A DNA stretch of 64,000 nt from an uncultured Candidatus Saccharibacteria bacterium (GTDB taxonomy: Bacteria; Patescibacteriota; Saccharimonadia; Saccharimonadales; JACQNP01), in contig CAZPWF010000003.1 of assembly GCA_964590725.1 (NCBI GenBank), forward strand, positions 1,649 to 65,648. The letters are read 5' to 3'. The position numbers were made by a program, and so were the translations under genes. The notes beneath the pieces were generated by a model. It saw only the letters and a list, made by a program, of their open reading frames with translations, had not been told where the DNA came from and made no database searches. Below are positions 63,649 to 64,000 of the stretch, one piece after another. The first letter of the stretch is position 1. Each line of letters starts with the position of its first letter.

Positions 63649-64000
63649 ATGTCAGAAACGTTATTACACGAAGTACAAACTAACGGCCCGGAATATCAAG
63701 CTGGGTTTGAGCCAAATATGCATGGCTCTGAGGGTTTTATTGATCCAAGCTCACCACTCATGGGCCGTGAAGATGCTTTAAAGCAGTATGGATTAGATGC
63801 CGCAGTTGTTGCTGATTTACGGCTTGGCGGAAATGATAGTCATCAATATTTAGTTCTTGATTTGGGCCAGGATGCTGATTCTAGAGCGAGCATTACCCCT
63901 ATTTTGTCAGATAGAAGAGGAGCGGGGCATCAAGAAGACATGATAAGCCACAGACGTTTCGTTATCGTTGAAGGAATAATGGGTGAAGATGGCAATACTC
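63649..64000 (+). CDS. hypothetical protein, 5' part only (runs off the right window edge)
   Basis: My own translation from the ATG at 63649 (MSETLLHEVQTNGPEYQAGFEPNMHGSEGF...) has no stop to nt 64000. It is not in the ORF track because it is open-ended. The tracked 63593-63781 ORF in another frame is AT-rich junk (MTKYVFCDNINKLIKKQKL...). Confidence 0.45.
   Translation, partial: MSETLLHEVQTNGPEYQAGFEPNMHGSEGFIDPSSPLMGREDALKQYGLDAAVVADLRLGGNDSHQYLVLDLGQDADSRASITPILSDRRGAGHQEDMISHRRFVIVEGIMGEDGNT

Noticed and set aside
63593-63781. Tracked 62-aa ORF (MTKYVFCDNINKLIKKQKL...).
   Set aside because: It starts in AT-rich intergenic DNA and overlaps a longer open-ended frame starting at the ATG at 63649, which has normal composition. 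The latter is preferred.
1-64000. Scan for CRISPR arrays, rRNA/tRNA genes, IS elements, integrases, reverse transcriptase (a DGR targeting the giant proteins) and known defence systems.
   Set aside because: I recognised no spaced direct-repeat array, no transposase, integrase or RT motifs (e.g. YxDD), and no template-repeat-like second copy of the variable regions outside the giant gene. The absence is by eye only and should be confirmed with tRNAscan, Infernal and defence-system HMMs.

Overview
This 64-kb chromosomal window reads like a reduced-genome, monoderm-type Candidate Phyla Radiation (Patescibacteria) bacterium, most plausibly Saccharimonadia/TM7. That placement is inferred from gene content only: class I LysRS, a ProRS without the INS editing domain, LCP + FtsEX/CHAP/CtpA wall machinery, Firmicutes-like hpf-secA...prfB-ftsEX synteny, an rpsB-tsf-frr-uppS-rseP-proS cluster lacking pyrH/cdsA/dxr, and giant surface proteins. 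The genetic code is standard: RF1 and RF2 are both present, prfB is unframeshifted, and TGA is used as a stop. I call 57 CDS (two cut by the window edges) plus one msrA pseudogene. I found no rRNA, tRNA, CRISPR array, transposase or integrase.

Layout:
- 1-17.6 kb: a surface island of three giant envelope proteins (a partial fibre protein with CBM-like modules, a 1629-aa 18-blade Kelch protein, and a 2499-aa Gly-rich/repeat fibre protein).
- 17.7-23.8 kb: parAB, lepB, LCP, htrA.
- 23.8-25.3 kb: a 1.5-kb two-gene insertion bracketed by 45-bp direct repeats of the htrA 3' end.
- 25.6-37.7 kb: translation and housekeeping genes, with three tiny coupled ORFs sitting where pyrH normally is.
- 38.3-40.4 kb: a MacB-type ABC pair.
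- 40.4-46.5 kb: DUF427, msrA with one in-frame TAA, then a canonical heliorhodopsin followed by a heliorhodopsin paralogue lacking the retinal lysine (Arg instead) and carrying a Lys-rich N-terminal tail. These run co-directionally with two rRNA methyltransferases and a Cas4-like nuclease.
- 47.4-63 kb: serS, hpf, secA, M16 peptidase, prfB, ftsEX, a PcsB-like CHAP hydrolase, ctpA, pyrG, a CheY-like receiver.

Best candidates for something new: (1) the heliorhodopsin / Lys-less heliorhodopsin pair, (2) the giant-protein adhesion island with very recent intragenic recombination, (3) the htrA-3' insertion, (4) the three-ORF cassette replacing pyrH, and (5) a pervasive 'extended -10 directly abutting the start codon' (leaderless) architecture.

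All homology calls come from reading motifs by eye. No searches were run.
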